A stretch of 64,000 nucleotides of DNA from Candidatus Latescibacterota bacterium (GCA_963791045.1 CAWBQK010000011.1:352635-416634), one strand, 5' to 3'; numbered from the stretch's first letter, positions 23,854 through 34,162 are shown. Program-made: numbers and translations. The notes: generated by a model from the letters alone, not told the origin.

Positions 23854-24948
23854 TTGTACGTCCTAAGAACAGTGAAAATCCTTGTGTTCGCCCTTTTGGC
23901 TGTTTGGGTATTTGGGTGCAGCGATGACGAGAAAAACATTCAGGCGCCAACGCCCCCCCCGAATATAAACCTGCAAGTGATCGACGGTCTGCCGAGCGAC
24001 GATGTGTGGGATGTTTTTGTGGATAGCATGGACCGTGTGTGGGTCGCCACAAACGAAGGTCTCGCGATGTTCGAGGACTCAGAAGAAATGAAATGGTTCA
24101 CCAGAGCCAATGGTCTTCCCAACCGCCAGTGCCGCTGTGTGGAGGAACTCAACGGCAAGATCTTTATCGGCACATGGGGTGGAGGGTTTGCCATCGCTGA
24201 TTCAGAATCGATCTACGATGTGAACACAAATTTCATTTCGGTCAGTGTGACCGAGGGGCTCGTCAGCGAGCGAATTTTTGATATTGCCGCCGACCCTGAA
24301 GAATCATCGATCTGGATCGCAACAGTCGCGGGCGTCGACCAGTATGTTGATAATGAAGCGCTTGAAGTTGAAGATCGTATCATAGGACACAACGGCGAAT
24401 TCGGCGCGGGTGTCTTCTCTTCCATTCTTGTTCACAAGAGCACAAGCCGGGGAACCGAGATCTGGGTATCTGAGAAAATACACGATGAAGGCGGAACGCT
24501 TATTCCAGGGGGAATGAGGGTCAAGCGGTTCCCGGGTTTTCAGTGGTTCAATCCCGAAACGAGCGGCATTCCCAGTGACGACGTGAACGAAGTTGCCTAC
24601 GATCCGGTTCGGGATCTCGTCTGGTCCGCTCACGCCACTTTCGGCGCCGCCTCACTCGATGTTGATCCTCGGATCTGGTCAAGTTTCACCAGCGAAGACG
24701 GGTTGCGGAGCAACCTGGCCGGCTCGATTGCAGTCAATCACACCGGAGCAAAATGGGAGGCCGGAACGGTTTGGCTGGCGACCCAGGCTGGTGTGAGCCG
24801 GGTGAGCCCGGCGGGCGCGGTCACCAACTACATCGAGGGTAGTGGTCTGCCATTCGAGCGAGTGCGAAAGGTATACGTCGACAACAACGACGATGTATGG
24901 CTTATATTCGTCGAACGCGGTGCCGGCAAAGTTCTCGGCGCCCAGTAG
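23854..24948 (+). CDS. Two-component-regulator-propeller repeat lipoprotein
   Basis: Lipobox FGC; repeats of GLPS/GLPN...VWVAT. Confidence 0.8.
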   Translation: MYVLRTVKILVFALLAVWVFGCSDDEKNIQAPTPPPNINLQVIDGLPSDDVWDVFVDSMDRVWVATNEGLAMFEDSEEMKWFTRANGLPNRQCRCVEELNGKIFIGTWGGGFAIADSESIYDVNTNFISVSVTEGLVSERIFDIAADPEESSIWIATVAGVDQYVDNEALEVEDRIIGHNGEFGAGVFSSILVHKSTSRGTEIWVSEKIHDEGGTLIPGGMRVKRFPGFQWFNPETSGIPSDDVNEVAYDPVRDLVWSAHATFGAASLDVDPRIWSSFTSEDGLRSNLAGSIAVNHTGAKWEAGTVWLATQAGVSRVSPAGAVTNYIEGSGLPFERVRKVYVDNNDDVWLIFVERGAGKVLGAQ

Positions 24949-24965
24949 CGGGCATCGAGTCCACT

Positions 24966-26117
24966 TTATATTTCGAGGAACTTCGGGATTCGCGTCAGAT
25001 TCTCGATGCCCGAACGCGTCACAAGGATCGTGTCCTCGATTCTAACTCCACCAATCGGATAGTAGTAGAGTCCTGGCTCAACGGTCAGGACCATTCCCTT
25101 TTCCAATGTGATGTTGTTGATCGCAATCCTTGGCGGTTCATGGATTTCGAGCCCCAGGGCGTGTCCAGTTGAATGGAAGAAGCCCTGCATCCGTCCGTCT
25201 TTTTCCCCCGTATGATACCCGTTCTTCTCAAAGAGTTTCTGGATGGCGCGATGGACGGCCCGGGCTTTCGCCCCGTGCTTGACGAGGCTCAAGCCCAGTT
25301 TCTGTCCATCGTAGACGGTCTTGTACATCTTCTTGACCTCGTCGGATGCTTTTCCCCTGACGACGGTCCGTGTGATGTCTGCGAAGTAGCCCGTTGATTC
25401 GGCGCGCGGGAACACGTCGATGATTATGGGCTCATTCGCTCGGATGACGCCAGAACCCCGGTCGTGCGGATCACACCCCTGTTTTCCAGGTGCGACAATC
25501 GTACCGCTCGGTATGTGTCCCAGCGAGAGTATCGTGGTATTGATGACGTTCCGGAGGATTTCCGCGGTCAGCCTCTTTCCCTTGTAGTAGAGGTAGCCTT
25601 TTTTGATCTTGCTTGCCTTCAGTGCGTCGAATGCCGCCTGGATACCTTTTTCGGTCACACGCATCGCCTTCTTGATTTCGGCGACTTCCGCGGGTTTCTT
25701 ATAGATCCGCTCGGGGAAGAAAGGTTCGGGGAGCGGTGTTACCCTGATCTTGAGTTTGCGCAGCCCCTCCGCGATTCCCAGAGGGAAGTTTTCGGGCACG
25801 GTCACGCTTTTGATTCCAAAGTCACGAAGAACCGTCGCCAAGATTTCGGGAATTCCCGGTGTCTTCTTGAATTTCTTTTTTGCAAGATCCATGTAACCGG
25901 CGAGCGAGTGTACCTTGTGCGCACTCGACTGCTTTTTTGCCCGGTCGATTTCCAGATCGCTCATCACAAGATGCCGCTTACCCTCCGCCGTACGGATAAA
26001 GATAAACGGATCGGGGCACGAGAAGTTTGTCGCGTAAAGCATATTCGCATCGAATTCGCTGCACGCGTACATCAAGATGTTTTTGTTTTTGTGTCTGATC
26101 TTGAATCCTGAATTCAT
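24966..26117 (-). CDS. Xaa-Pro aminopeptidase (M24)
   Basis: ADITRT, HSTGHALGLEIHE, TVEPGLY, GGVRIED. Confidence 0.92.
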   Translation of the reverse strand: MNSGFKIRHKNKNILMYACSEFDANMLYATNFSCPDPFIFIRTAEGKRHLVMSDLEIDRAKKQSSAHKVHSLAGYMDLAKKKFKKTPGIPEILATVLRDFGIKSVTVPENFPLGIAEGLRKLKIRVTPLPEPFFPERIYKKPAEVAEIKKAMRVTEKGIQAAFDALKASKIKKGYLYYKGKRLTAEILRNVINTTILSLGHIPSGTIVAPGKQGCDPHDRGSGVIRANEPIIIDVFPRAESTGYFADITRTVVRGKASDEVKKMYKTVYDGQKLGLSLVKHGAKARAVHRAIQKLFEKNGYHTGEKDGRMQGFFHSTGHALGLEIHEPPRIAINNITLEKGMVLTVEPGLYYYPIGGVRIEDTILVTRSGIENLTRIPKFLEI

Positions 26118-26344
26118 GACGAGTCCTTTCGCTGGCAAAACAAGGGCAGCCGGATGCGTTCCGGTTGATAGCGTGTGTGTTGATCTTTGCAATTTTGTTT
26201 TTGATTGTAAAGACGAAAAGCGTTATCCTCCAGGCAGCCTGGACGACAGCCAAGGAGAAGTGGCATCGAAGCGATCCTTGCTCTCCTGACCGAACCTTGA
26301 AATCCGATCATATCCGTTTTCCGAAACCGACGACTGGAGCATCC

Positions 26345-27169
26345 ATGCGTATCGATCTCCACATGCACTCGACATTCTCAGACGGTTTGAAATCACCGAC
26401 AGAGCTTGTGGAGATGGCGAAGAAAAAGGGACTCGCCGCGATCAGTTTGACCGACCACGATTGTCTGGACGGAACCAACGAGGCAATCGAAGCGGGCAAG
26501 GTGAAGGGTGTCGAGATTCTCTCCGGTGTCGAGCTGAGCTCGGAATACGGAGGACGCGATCTTCATATTCTCGGATATGGGATCGACCCAAATCATGATG
26601 AGTTCCAGGATATGCTCAAGCGCTTCCGGGACACGAGACACTCTAGAGGATTGAAGATCATCGAGAAGCTGAAAGATCTGGGTTTGGAGATCAGCGTTGA
26701 CGACGTGATGGAAAAGAGCGGTGACGGCGCGCTTGGCCGCCCGCACATTGCGGCGGTTCTTGCGGAAAAGGGACTCGTGTCGACTCAGGTAGAGGCGTTT
26801 GACAAGTACATCGCCGACGGCGGCCCTGCTTACGTTCCAAAATACAAGATGAGTCCGCAGGAAGCGATCACATATATACGCAAGGCTGGAGGCTTGGCCT
26901 TTATGGCTCATCCAGGCATCTTCCTGAGCAATGTGAGTGATTTCAAGGAACTGCTGGGCGAAGGTTTTGACGGGGTCGAGATTTATCATCCGAAACACAA
27001 TAAGAAAATGGCGGCGGCGTTGAAGGCGATAGCCGACGAAAACGGAATGTTGGTGTCGGGAGGATCGGACTATCACGGTTTCTCCGGCCGCGATCTGCCT
27101 CTCGGTGGCCTCGACATCTCGTACGACGTTCTCGCCGATATCAAAACCCGCCTCGCACAAACGAATTAA
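26345..27169 (+). CDS. PHP-domain phosphoesterase (YciV/TrpH-like)
   Basis: DLHMHSTFSDG, LTDHD, GRPH, AHP, GGSDYHG. Confidence 0.9.
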   Translation: MRIDLHMHSTFSDGLKSPTELVEMAKKKGLAAISLTDHDCLDGTNEAIEAGKVKGVEILSGVELSSEYGGRDLHILGYGIDPNHDEFQDMLKRFRDTRHSRGLKIIEKLKDLGLEISVDDVMEKSGDGALGRPHIAAVLAEKGLVSTQVEAFDKYIADGGPAYVPKYKMSPQEAITYIRKAGGLAFMAHPGIFLSNVSDFKELLGEGFDGVEIYHPKHNKKMAAALKAIADENGMLVSGGSDYHGFSGRDLPLGGLDISYDVLADIKTRLAQTN

Positions 27170-27185
27170 CAAGAAGGAGGTTGGA

Positions 27186-27644
27186 ATGGTCGAAGTTGGA
27201 AAGAAAGCGCCCGCGTTTTCGCTTTACGCGGACGACGGCAGCAAAGTGGCGCTCAAGGATCTCCTCGGCAAAACCGTGGTCCTCTATTTCTACCCCAAAG
27301 ACAGCACCCCCGGCTGAACGACGCAATCCACCGATTTCCGTGATGAAATCAAAGCGTTCGAAGCCGCAAATGCGGTCGTCATTGGCGTCAACAAAGACAG
27401 CGTCGAGACGCATCAGAAGTTTAAGTCAAAGCACAGTCTGCCGTTTCCGCTATTGAGCGATCCCGAAGGCAAGATCTGCGACAAGTACGGGGTCATCAAG
27501 GACAAGAAACTCTACGGCAGGGTTTACAAAGGGATCGACCGGAGCACGTTCATCATCGATGACAAAGGGAAAGTAGCCCACGTCCTCCGTGGGATAAAAG
27601 TCCGAGGGCACACTCGCAAGCTTCTTGAGATTCTCAACGGCTGA
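27186..27644 (+). CDS. bcp: Bcp/PrxQ peroxiredoxin with in-frame UGA (probable selenocysteine) at 27315-27317
   Basis: YFYPKDSTPG-TGA-TTQSTDFRD continues in frame to LLSDPEG...IDRSTFIID; UGA occupies the peroxidatic Cys position. Confidence 0.9.
27318..27360 (+). promoter_or_regulatory. Putative bacterial SECIS hairpin
   Basis: GATTTC-cgtgat-GAAATC stem starting 15 nt after the UGA; lower pairing acgc/gcgt. Confidence 0.6.
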
Positions 27645-28326
27645 GGACGCTGTAACGGAGGAATACTTCGTCGCCGCGTCGCCGGCTCGATACCAATTTG
27701 AGGTGCAGGTGCGATTCGGCAAGGAATCCCGCCCCGTCCACCGGTGTCGGCGCGCCGCTGCCGCCGAGAATTCGCGGCGTGACCGTGACGTACAGCTCGT
27801 CCACGAGATTTTCACGGAAGAACGAGTAGTTCAGGGTGCCGCCGCCCTCGACGAGGACTTTTTTGATCTTGCGCTCGGCCAGGATTGCTAGCACATCGGT
27901 CGGGCGCACCCGCATTCGCGGAACCACAACCACCTCTGAAATCTTCTCAAACTTTTTGATTCTTCGTGGCGTCGCTTTTTTTGACGTTATGATGAGTTTT
28001 TCGGTTTCTTCGAAGGCAAAAAACTGAGCGCGCGCCGGCAGGTCGAGATCCGTGGACACAACGACATTCAGGGGGTGTGGTGTCTTTCGACGGGTGATTC
28101 GTTTTTGCCTGATCTCATCGTCCCGAACGCGGATGGCCCATCCGTCCAAAGACAGCGTGCGCGCGCCGATCACGACGGCGTCGGTTTTCGAACGGAGAAC
28201 ATCCATCAAGTAACGGTCGTTGCGCGATCCGAGCGAAAATGTCTGGCGGCGGTATGTCGATATCTTGCCGTCAGCCGACATGGCCATATTGATCGTGACA
28301 TGGGGCTTTTTGAAGGTCTCTGGCAT
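27634..28326 (-). CDS. RibD C-terminal-type reductase (dihydrofolate reductase fold)
   Basis: NMAMSADGKI, GART, VLVEGGG, LVDELYVTVTP. Confidence 0.88.
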   Translation of the reverse strand: MPETFKKPHVTINMAMSADGKISTYRRQTFSLGSRNDRYLMDVLRSKTDAVVIGARTLSLDGWAIRVRDDEIRQKRITRRKTPHPLNVVVSTDLDLPARAQFFAFEETEKLIITSKKATPRRIKKFEKISEVVVVPRMRVRPTDVLAILAERKIKKVLVEGGGTLNYSFFRENLVDELYVTVTPRILGGSGAPTPVDGAGFLAESHLHLKLVSSRRRGDEVFLRYSVLSR

Positions 28327-28441
28327 AGTTGCTTTGGTGGTTGTTTGGTGTCCTGAGAATATATCAAGGTGCGCCCCCCCCTGGAAACACTTTCTTCACA
28401 CCGGGGCGACATTGACGTATAGTTGTCGCGGAGGAAGTATT

Positions 28442-28867
28442 ATGAAATCAGGACTCGCCATTTTTCTGCACAGTCACAGCTACGACCGGGTCTACCAGGC
28501 GGTGAGCATGGTGCTTTCCGCTTCGTCGCTCGGTTGGCCCTCGCACCTGTTCCTCTTCTACCAGGCGCTGGCCACATATATTGACGGCACGTGGGATGAT
28601 GTCAGGATAGGAGATGGCCCGCGAAACCCCGGAGGACTCGGTGTGAGGCTCGAGGAGGGTTTCGAGGCGGCCAATCTGCCCTCACTGTACAAAATGCTGG
28701 AAAAAGCCCGTGGTGAAGAGGGTGGACTAAGGATATACGCCTGCAGTTCCTCCATGAGAGTGCTTGGCGCGGATATGACGGCGGTCCGCGAACAGGTGGA
28801 CGATATAGTCGGTCTGACGTCCATGCTCAAAATTGCAGATTCCGTAAATCAAGTACTATACGTTTAA
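28442..28867 (+). CDS. DsrE/DsrF-like protein
   Basis: LFLFYQAL, IYACSSSM, VDDIVG. Confidence 0.7.
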   Translation: MKSGLAIFLHSHSYDRVYQAVSMVLSASSLGWPSHLFLFYQALATYIDGTWDDVRIGDGPRNPGGLGVRLEEGFEAANLPSLYKMLEKARGEEGGLRIYACSSSMRVLGADMTAVREQVDDIVGLTSMLKIADSVNQVLYV

Positions 28868-28872
28868 GCGGG

Positions 28873-29217
28873 TTATGCCCGTTTGTCCGCCTGTACCATT
28901 ATTCGAAGTTGGCGTTTCAGTATGTGAATCCGCCTCCTGAGAAGACCGGCCTTTTTGGTGTCTCCCGCCGTGCGTGCTGTGTCTCTTTCGCTTCTGAGCG
29001 CCGTGATCCTCTGTTTGAGGCCTTCCTTCGTTTTCGGTGCACCGGGACCTGATTTTTTTGCCTGTTTCTTTTCCGGGACGTCGATCCCCAGGTGGTCGAC
29101 GAGAAGCGCGATGAGTTCATCCTTCTTTAACCCCGTCGAACTCTTGGCATCGGGAATCTTTTTGACTTCTTCACGGAGCTTGATCACCGTCATGTTCTCC
29201 AGAGCGTGGTAATCCAT
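28873..29217 (-). CDS. Small basic protein with a Rho N-terminal/HeH-like domain
   Basis: LENMTVIKLRE...GLKKDELIALL followed by a Lys/Arg-rich helical hairpin. Confidence 0.65.
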   Translation of the reverse strand: MDYHALENMTVIKLREEVKKIPDAKSSTGLKKDELIALLVDHLGIDVPEKKQAKKSGPGAPKTKEGLKQRITALRSERDTARTAGDTKKAGLLRRRIHILKRQLRIMVQADKRA

Positions 29218-29347
29218 GACACCCCTTCCTTTGCATGTTGATAATTGACGATCCGGATTTACGATACACCAAACATCCCGGTAAGATCAACGGCCATTCC
29301 TTGAACATCACGAGAGTCAAAATAATAATTTCACATGAACTTTTTTG

Positions 29348-29376
29348 TGGCGAGATTCAGATGCTTCGGCTATATT
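29348..29376 (+). promoter_or_regulatory. Sigma-70-type promoter of a candidate sRNA
   Basis: TGGCGA-17-TATATT. Confidence 0.45.
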
Positions 29377-29382
29377 ACTTTC

Positions 29383-29515
29383 GACAGCCATAAGGAAAGC
29401 CGGTATCGTTTTTATACCTCCCTTCCTGGAAAGAGTAGTCGGTTCTACTCTCCTCCATTTCGTGCTCATGTGCCGAGTTACCTCCCTGGTAGAAAACGAT
29501 ACCGGCCCTTTTTTT
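29383..29515 (+). ncRNA. Candidate sRNA with anti-SD motifs
   Basis: 14-bp perfect closing stem gccggtatcgtttt/aaaacgataccggc, internal hairpin agagtag/ctactct, two TACCTCCCT motifs, terminal T-tract. Confidence 0.55.
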
Positions 29516-29651
29516 GCCTCTTTTTCCCCTCCCACTTTTCGGTTATCATCACCACACACACCGCTGGAAATCGATTCATTAGTCCGACCGCCCGGCGCTT
29601 TTGTCAGCTATTCAAAATGGTAACTAGTTAGTTTACAGGAGGTTCTTCCCC

Positions 29652-30197
29652 ATGATCCATTACGATTTCATGTCCGGGACCATCGTTGGTAATGTCTGTC
29701 TGGCCGCGTCCGGTGAGGGGCTCTGTGCCGTGCTTATCGGTGATCGGACCAGGAAGGCGTTCAGGGAAGAGCTCGCCGGGATGTTTCCCGGGGAGTCCTT
29801 TGCGGCGGACGCCGGGAAGCTCAAAGCCTACCGCCGAGAACTCGAGGAGTACTTTGCCGGCAAAAGGGCCCGTTTTACCGTGCCTCTCGATCTCTCCGCT
29901 GTTCGGGGGCCGTTTCGGCGTAAAGTGCTCAGGAAGCTCATCGCTTTGCCTCTGGGTAGCGTGATTAGTTATGGTGCGCTCGCGAAGCGTTCCGGCTCGC
30001 CCGGCGCGGCACGTGCGGTCGGGACCGCCATGTCGACAAACCCAATATCGCTCGTGATACCGTGTCACCGCGTCGTCGGCGCCGGCGGCGGGTTGGGTGG
30101 ATACTCCGCGGGGTTGCCGAGAAAGAAAAAACTCCTCATCCACGAAGGCGTCGAGCCGACGCGGGCCAATCTCACCAGGGCCGGTAAGAGACGCTAA
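29652..30197 (+). CDS. ogt: Methylated-DNA--protein-cysteine methyltransferase
   Basis: AARAVG, IPCHRV, LGGYS. Confidence 0.93.
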   Translation: MIHYDFMSGTIVGNVCLAASGEGLCAVLIGDRTRKAFREELAGMFPGESFAADAGKLKAYRRELEEYFAGKRARFTVPLDLSAVRGPFRRKVLRKLIALPLGSVISYGALAKRSGSPGAARAVGTAMSTNPISLVIPCHRVVGAGGGLGGYSAGLPRKKKLLIHEGVEPTRANLTRAGKRR

Positions 30198-30227
30198 AGA
30201 AGCCCCGCAGGGGTGCAGGTGTGGAGA

Positions 30228-31523
30228 TCAGGGGTAGTCGGGATTATAGATCGACATGTCGATCCGCGTTGGAAGCGCCTCATGCAACTGCACGACGCGG
30301 ACCTCGGGATCCGAGAGGTCGTCTGGGATCGGTTGCCCCGCCCACATGAGGAACGTACGATCATCCACGTGTCCCAGGGAAATCGTGTGGCCGAATTCGT
30401 GGAGAAATATCTTGTGGACGATTGCATCATTCGTAGCCGAATTGACTATCCAGATCTGATCGGTTAACGGATGTCCGTCGTCGTCGCGCGTGTGTCGCGT
30501 GATGCCGACGCTCGTTCCTATTTCCGCTTTCGATTTGTATACGATAATTACTCCGGTGTCGGGCGGTGCGTCGACGAACGTAAAAAGCGATTCGCCCGTG
30601 CGGTCCATCCAACGCTCCGCGGCAAGTTTCGCCTGTGCGGCATAATCGATTCCCTGGTCGTTGACATAAGCCGGGATATAGCAATCAACGGGGCGTTTAC
30701 GCCATTTGGCCAGAGTGGTGGAGCCGGTCATGGATCCGTTTTCGATACCGAAGAAGTTGACGAAATCATTGAATAGCGAGAGCAGGTTGGGCGACCAATC
30801 GGGCGTGACGTTCTCCACGGGGATCATGTAAAAGGTGTGCGCGAGATCCGCGTCGAGTGTGAACGTCTGGTTTAGCGAGTGGTAAGGGGTTGAGACGGCG
30901 CCAGTATTGATTTCGACATGGGTGACACCGCCGTCGAGACCGAGTTCGAGCGTAAATTCCCCATCAGCATCGGTTTGAAATTGATGGGCGACGCCGATCG
31001 ATACCGTGACATCAAGACCGGCGATGGGTGTTTTCGAGAACACATCGACACATCGTCCCGAGAACACATAACCGGGTATGTAAATGTGTGCAAGCTCGCC
31101 CGGCTCCGACCGGTTTCCCGCTTCGTCCACGCTTCGGATTCCCAAATAGAGATCCCTTGCCCTCAATGGGACCTCAAATTCGAATTCTTCGCTCGTTCCG
31201 GGGAGGGCGGGTTTGGGTGGTTCCGCAACCGGGATCGACAAGTTCCAGAAATCAGGCGGATAGTAATCGCGCGTAAACGAATAACGGATTTCATAGGCGG
31301 TGGTGGCCTCGGTCGGTGAGTCGTCTGCCGGGGCCGTCCACTCGAGATGCACCTCGCCGGTCTCGCTTGAGAAGTCGAGGGCGATATCGGTTACAGCCGC
31401 AGGCGCGTTGGTGTCCTCGGCCGTTTGATTCGGTGGGCTGGAGGGCGATTCCGAGTCCGAGCAGCCCGAAGATCCAAAAGCCAAAACAGCGACGAGACAT
31501 ATGCCGATAAAAATACGGTTCAT
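30228..31523 (-). CDS. Lipoprotein: FN3-like domain plus metzincin (matrixin-like) protease
   Basis: Lipobox SGC; WTAPADD...YEIRYS; HEFGHTISLGH followed by a Met-turn. Confidence 0.8.
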   Translation of the reverse strand: MNRIFIGICLVAVLAFGSSGCSDSESPSSPPNQTAEDTNAPAAVTDIALDFSSETGEVHLEWTAPADDSPTEATTAYEIRYSFTRDYYPPDFWNLSIPVAEPPKPALPGTSEEFEFEVPLRARDLYLGIRSVDEAGNRSEPGELAHIYIPGYVFSGRCVDVFSKTPIAGLDVTVSIGVAHQFQTDADGEFTLELGLDGGVTHVEINTGAVSTPYHSLNQTFTLDADLAHTFYMIPVENVTPDWSPNLLSLFNDFVNFFGIENGSMTGSTTLAKWRKRPVDCYIPAYVNDQGIDYAAQAKLAAERWMDRTGESLFTFVDAPPDTGVIIVYKSKAEIGTSVGITRHTRDDDGHPLTDQIWIVNSATNDAIVHKIFLHEFGHTISLGHVDDRTFLMWAGQPIPDDLSDPEVRVVQLHEALPTRIDMSIYNPDYP

Positions 31524-31622
31524 ATGGGTTCCGATTCGAAATGATCAGGGAAGTTCCCTTCAAATATAACGTTCATCTCCGGCTTTAACAAGAATCATGG
31601 TGCCGGTATCCGGGTCGGCAGC

Positions 31623-31650
31623 TTGACAAATCGACGAATTGGCGTATTCT
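31623..31650 (+). promoter_or_regulatory. Sigma-70-type promoter of trxB
   Basis: TTGACA-16-TATTCT. Confidence 0.55.
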
Positions 31651-31692
31651 TGCAGGATATGTATTGAATGGTTGAAAGGAGAATAACTGATT

Positions 31693-32634
31693 ATGTCCGA
31701 AGAACTTAACAAAGTTATCATTCTCGGTTCCGGTCCCGCTGGAATGGCTGCCGCCATTTACGCGGCTCGCGCCAATCTGGAACCGCTAATCCTCGAAGGT
31801 ATCCAGCCGGGTGGTCAGCTGATGATCACCACCGATGTTGAAAACTACCCCGGTTTTGCGACAGGAGTGTCGGGTCCCGAGTTGATGAGCGTCATGCGGC
31901 AACAGGCCGAACGGTTCGGGAGTGTGTTCGAGCAGGTCAATATTGAGAGCGCCGAGCTCGAAGGCGACGTCAAGGTGCTCCACGGTGACGGCAAAACCTA
32001 TCGCTGCAAAACACTGATTATTTCGACGGGGGCGACGGCGAGATGGCTGGGCCTGGAAAGCGAAAAAATATTGCAGGGGTATGGTGTGTCGGCATGCGCG
32101 ACCTGCGATGGTTTCTTTTTCAAAGACAAAGACATTGTTGTTGTGGGTGGCGGCGACACGGCTATCGAAGAGGCAACGTTCCTGACGAAGTTCGGGACCA
32201 GGGTGTATGTCATCCACCGGCGTGATCAACTCAGGGCATCAAAGGCCATGCAGGATCGCGCGCTCAAGAACGAAAAGATCGAAATGGTGTGGGACAGCGT
32301 GGTGGAAGACATCCTCGGGTCACCCGAAACGGGAGTCCAGGGTGTGCGCGTCAAAAATGTAAAGACCAATGAAGAATCCACAATCGAGTGCCAGGGCTTT
32401 TTCGTCGCGATCGGCCATAAACCGAATACGCAAATATTTGGTGGTCAGCTCGACATGGACGAAACCGGGTACATCATCACGAAACCGGATTCGACTTATA
32501 CGAATGTCGATGGTGTTTTTGCCGCGGGTGATGTCCAGGACAGCAAGTATCGTCAGGCGGTAACGGCTGCGGGAACGGGTTGTATGGCCGCGCTCGACGC
32601 GGAACGGTACCTGGAAGCACTGGTGGAGGGATAA
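31693..32634 (+). CDS. trxB: Thioredoxin reductase
   Basis: GSGPAG, CATCDG, GGGDTAIEEA, FAAGDV. Confidence 0.97.
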   Translation: MSEELNKVIILGSGPAGMAAAIYAARANLEPLILEGIQPGGQLMITTDVENYPGFATGVSGPELMSVMRQQAERFGSVFEQVNIESAELEGDVKVLHGDGKTYRCKTLIISTGATARWLGLESEKILQGYGVSACATCDGFFFKDKDIVVVGGGDTAIEEATFLTKFGTRVYVIHRRDQLRASKAMQDRALKNEKIEMVWDSVVEDILGSPETGVQGVRVKNVKTNEESTIECQGFFVAIGHKPNTQIFGGQLDMDETGYIITKPDSTYTNVDGVFAAGDVQDSKYRQAVTAAGTGCMAALDAERYLEALVEG

Positions 32635-32666
32635 CCCGCGCCGATATAGCCTCGTAAGGAGATCGA

Positions 32667-33359
32667 ATGAGCAAGTCCGATTCGAAAAAAGACAGGGCCG
32701 CGGAATTGATTTACGAGTTCCTCGGCGAACTCGGCGAAGACCGCGATCGGGAGGGGCTTCTTGCCACACCGCGACGGGTAAGCGAGGCGTACCGGCAGTT
32801 TACGAGTGGGTACAAGATCGATATCGATGCGATCATCTCGGATGCGATCTTTGAAGAGAAGCAAGAAGAGATGGTCGTTCTGAAAAATATCGATTTTTAC
32901 AGTCTGTGCGAACACCACCTGGTGCCTTTCTTCGGGAAATGCCACATCGCCTATATCCCCGACAACCGGATCATCGGACTCAGTAAACTCGCCCGAGTTG
33001 TCGAGGTGTTCGCCCGCCGGCTCCAGGTCCAGGAACGAATGACTCGCGAGATCGCATTGGCGATCGAGAGACATTTGGAACCGCGGGGCGTCGCCGTGGT
33101 TATAGAGGCGCAGCATCTTTGTATGATGATGCGTGGTGTCGAGAAACAAAACTCGATCGCAACGACGAGCACGATGCTCGGTAAGTTCAAGGAAAACGCC
33201 GCGACGCGCATGGAGTTCTTCAGCCTTCTCGGCAATCTCCGAACTGCTTATTGCAGCCCGATCAAACGGCTCGCGACGATGGTGACCGTTGCGGTCTTTC
33301 GCGTGGGCCTTTCGCGGGAACGAGCGATCCGCCGTCGATTATCGCCGCACGTCGTTTGA
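32667..33359 (+). CDS. folE: GTP cyclohydrolase I, with an atypical ~40-aa C-terminal extension
   Basis: [38 protein letters not shown]. Confidence 0.95.
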   Translation: MSKSDSKKDRAAELIYEFLGELGEDRDREGLLATPRRVSEAYRQFTSGYKIDIDAIISDAIFEEKQEEMVVLKNIDFYSLCEHHLVPFFGKCHIAYIPDNRIIGLSKLARVVEVFARRLQVQERMTREIALAIERHLEPRGVAVVIEAQHLCMMMRGVEKQNSIATTSTMLGKFKENAATRMEFFSLLGNLRTAYCSPIKRLATMVTVAVFRVGLSRERAIRRRLSPHVV

Positions 33360-33465
33360 GCGACCGAAGGTGTGGTGGATGTGGGCTTCGACGAGAGTCC
33401 GACAAGCGTCATCGAGAAGATGCGGCGCCGGCAGAACCTCGTGCCGGGACTTCATCGACCACACC
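33281..33465. repeat. Degenerate palindromic repeat element(s), copy 3
   Basis: cggtctttcg..ggcctttcgcggga matches an arm of copy 1; ggtgtggt (33369) / accacacc (33458) inverted ends. Confidence 0.55.
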
Positions 33466-33497
33466 ATAAACAAAGCAATAACTTCGAAAGGAAACGT

Positions 33498-34052
33498 ATG
33501 TCGGTTAAACCTGATAAATGGATTGCTCGGATGGCGAAAGAACATGGAATGATCGAACCGTTCGCGGACAAACAAGTCAAAGACACAAAAGTATCGTACG
33601 GGCTTTCGTCATACGGTTACGACATACGAATCTCCGACGAGTTCAAGATTTTCACGAACATAAATACGACTGTCGTCGATCCAAAGGAGTTCGATCCGAA
33701 GGCTTTTGTGGACTTCAAAGGCGACGCCTGTATCATCCCCCCGAACTCCTTCGCACTCGGCCGCAGCGTCGAATATTTCCGGATTCCGCGAAATGTCATC
33801 ACGATTTGTCTCGGAAAATCGACTTATGCGCGATGCGGCATTATTACCAACGTGACCCCCTTCGAGCCCGAATGGGAGGGGTACGTAACCATGGAAATAT
33901 CCAATACGACGCCCCTGCCGGCCCGCGTTTACGCCAACGAGGGAATCGCGCAAGTCCTTTTCTTTGAAAGCGATGAGGAGTGCGAGGTGTCCTACGCGGA
34001 CCGAAAAGGCAAGTACCAGGTCCAGCAGGGGATCACCCTCCCGAAAGTCTGA
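33498..34052 (+). CDS. dcd: dCTP deaminase
   Basis: [38 protein letters not shown]. Confidence 0.96.
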   Translation: MSVKPDKWIARMAKEHGMIEPFADKQVKDTKVSYGLSSYGYDIRISDEFKIFTNINTTVVDPKEFDPKAFVDFKGDACIIPPNSFALGRSVEYFRIPRNVITICLGKSTYARCGIITNVTPFEPEWEGYVTMEISNTTPLPARVYANEGIAQVLFFESDEECEVSYADRKGKYQVQQGITLPKV

Positions 34053-34132
34053 TAGGGACGGGACGGAGCGGGTTCGAAGTGCTCCAAAACCGCCCAGGCT
34101 TCATTTTTTGAGGGTTTAGGGCGAAATACCCT

Positions 34133-34162
34133 TTGACAAGTTTTTGGGGATTGGTGTATGGC
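34133..34162 (+). promoter_or_regulatory. Sigma-70-type promoter of the histone gene
   Basis: TTGACA-18-TATGGC, followed downstream by RBS AAGGAGG. Confidence 0.45.
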
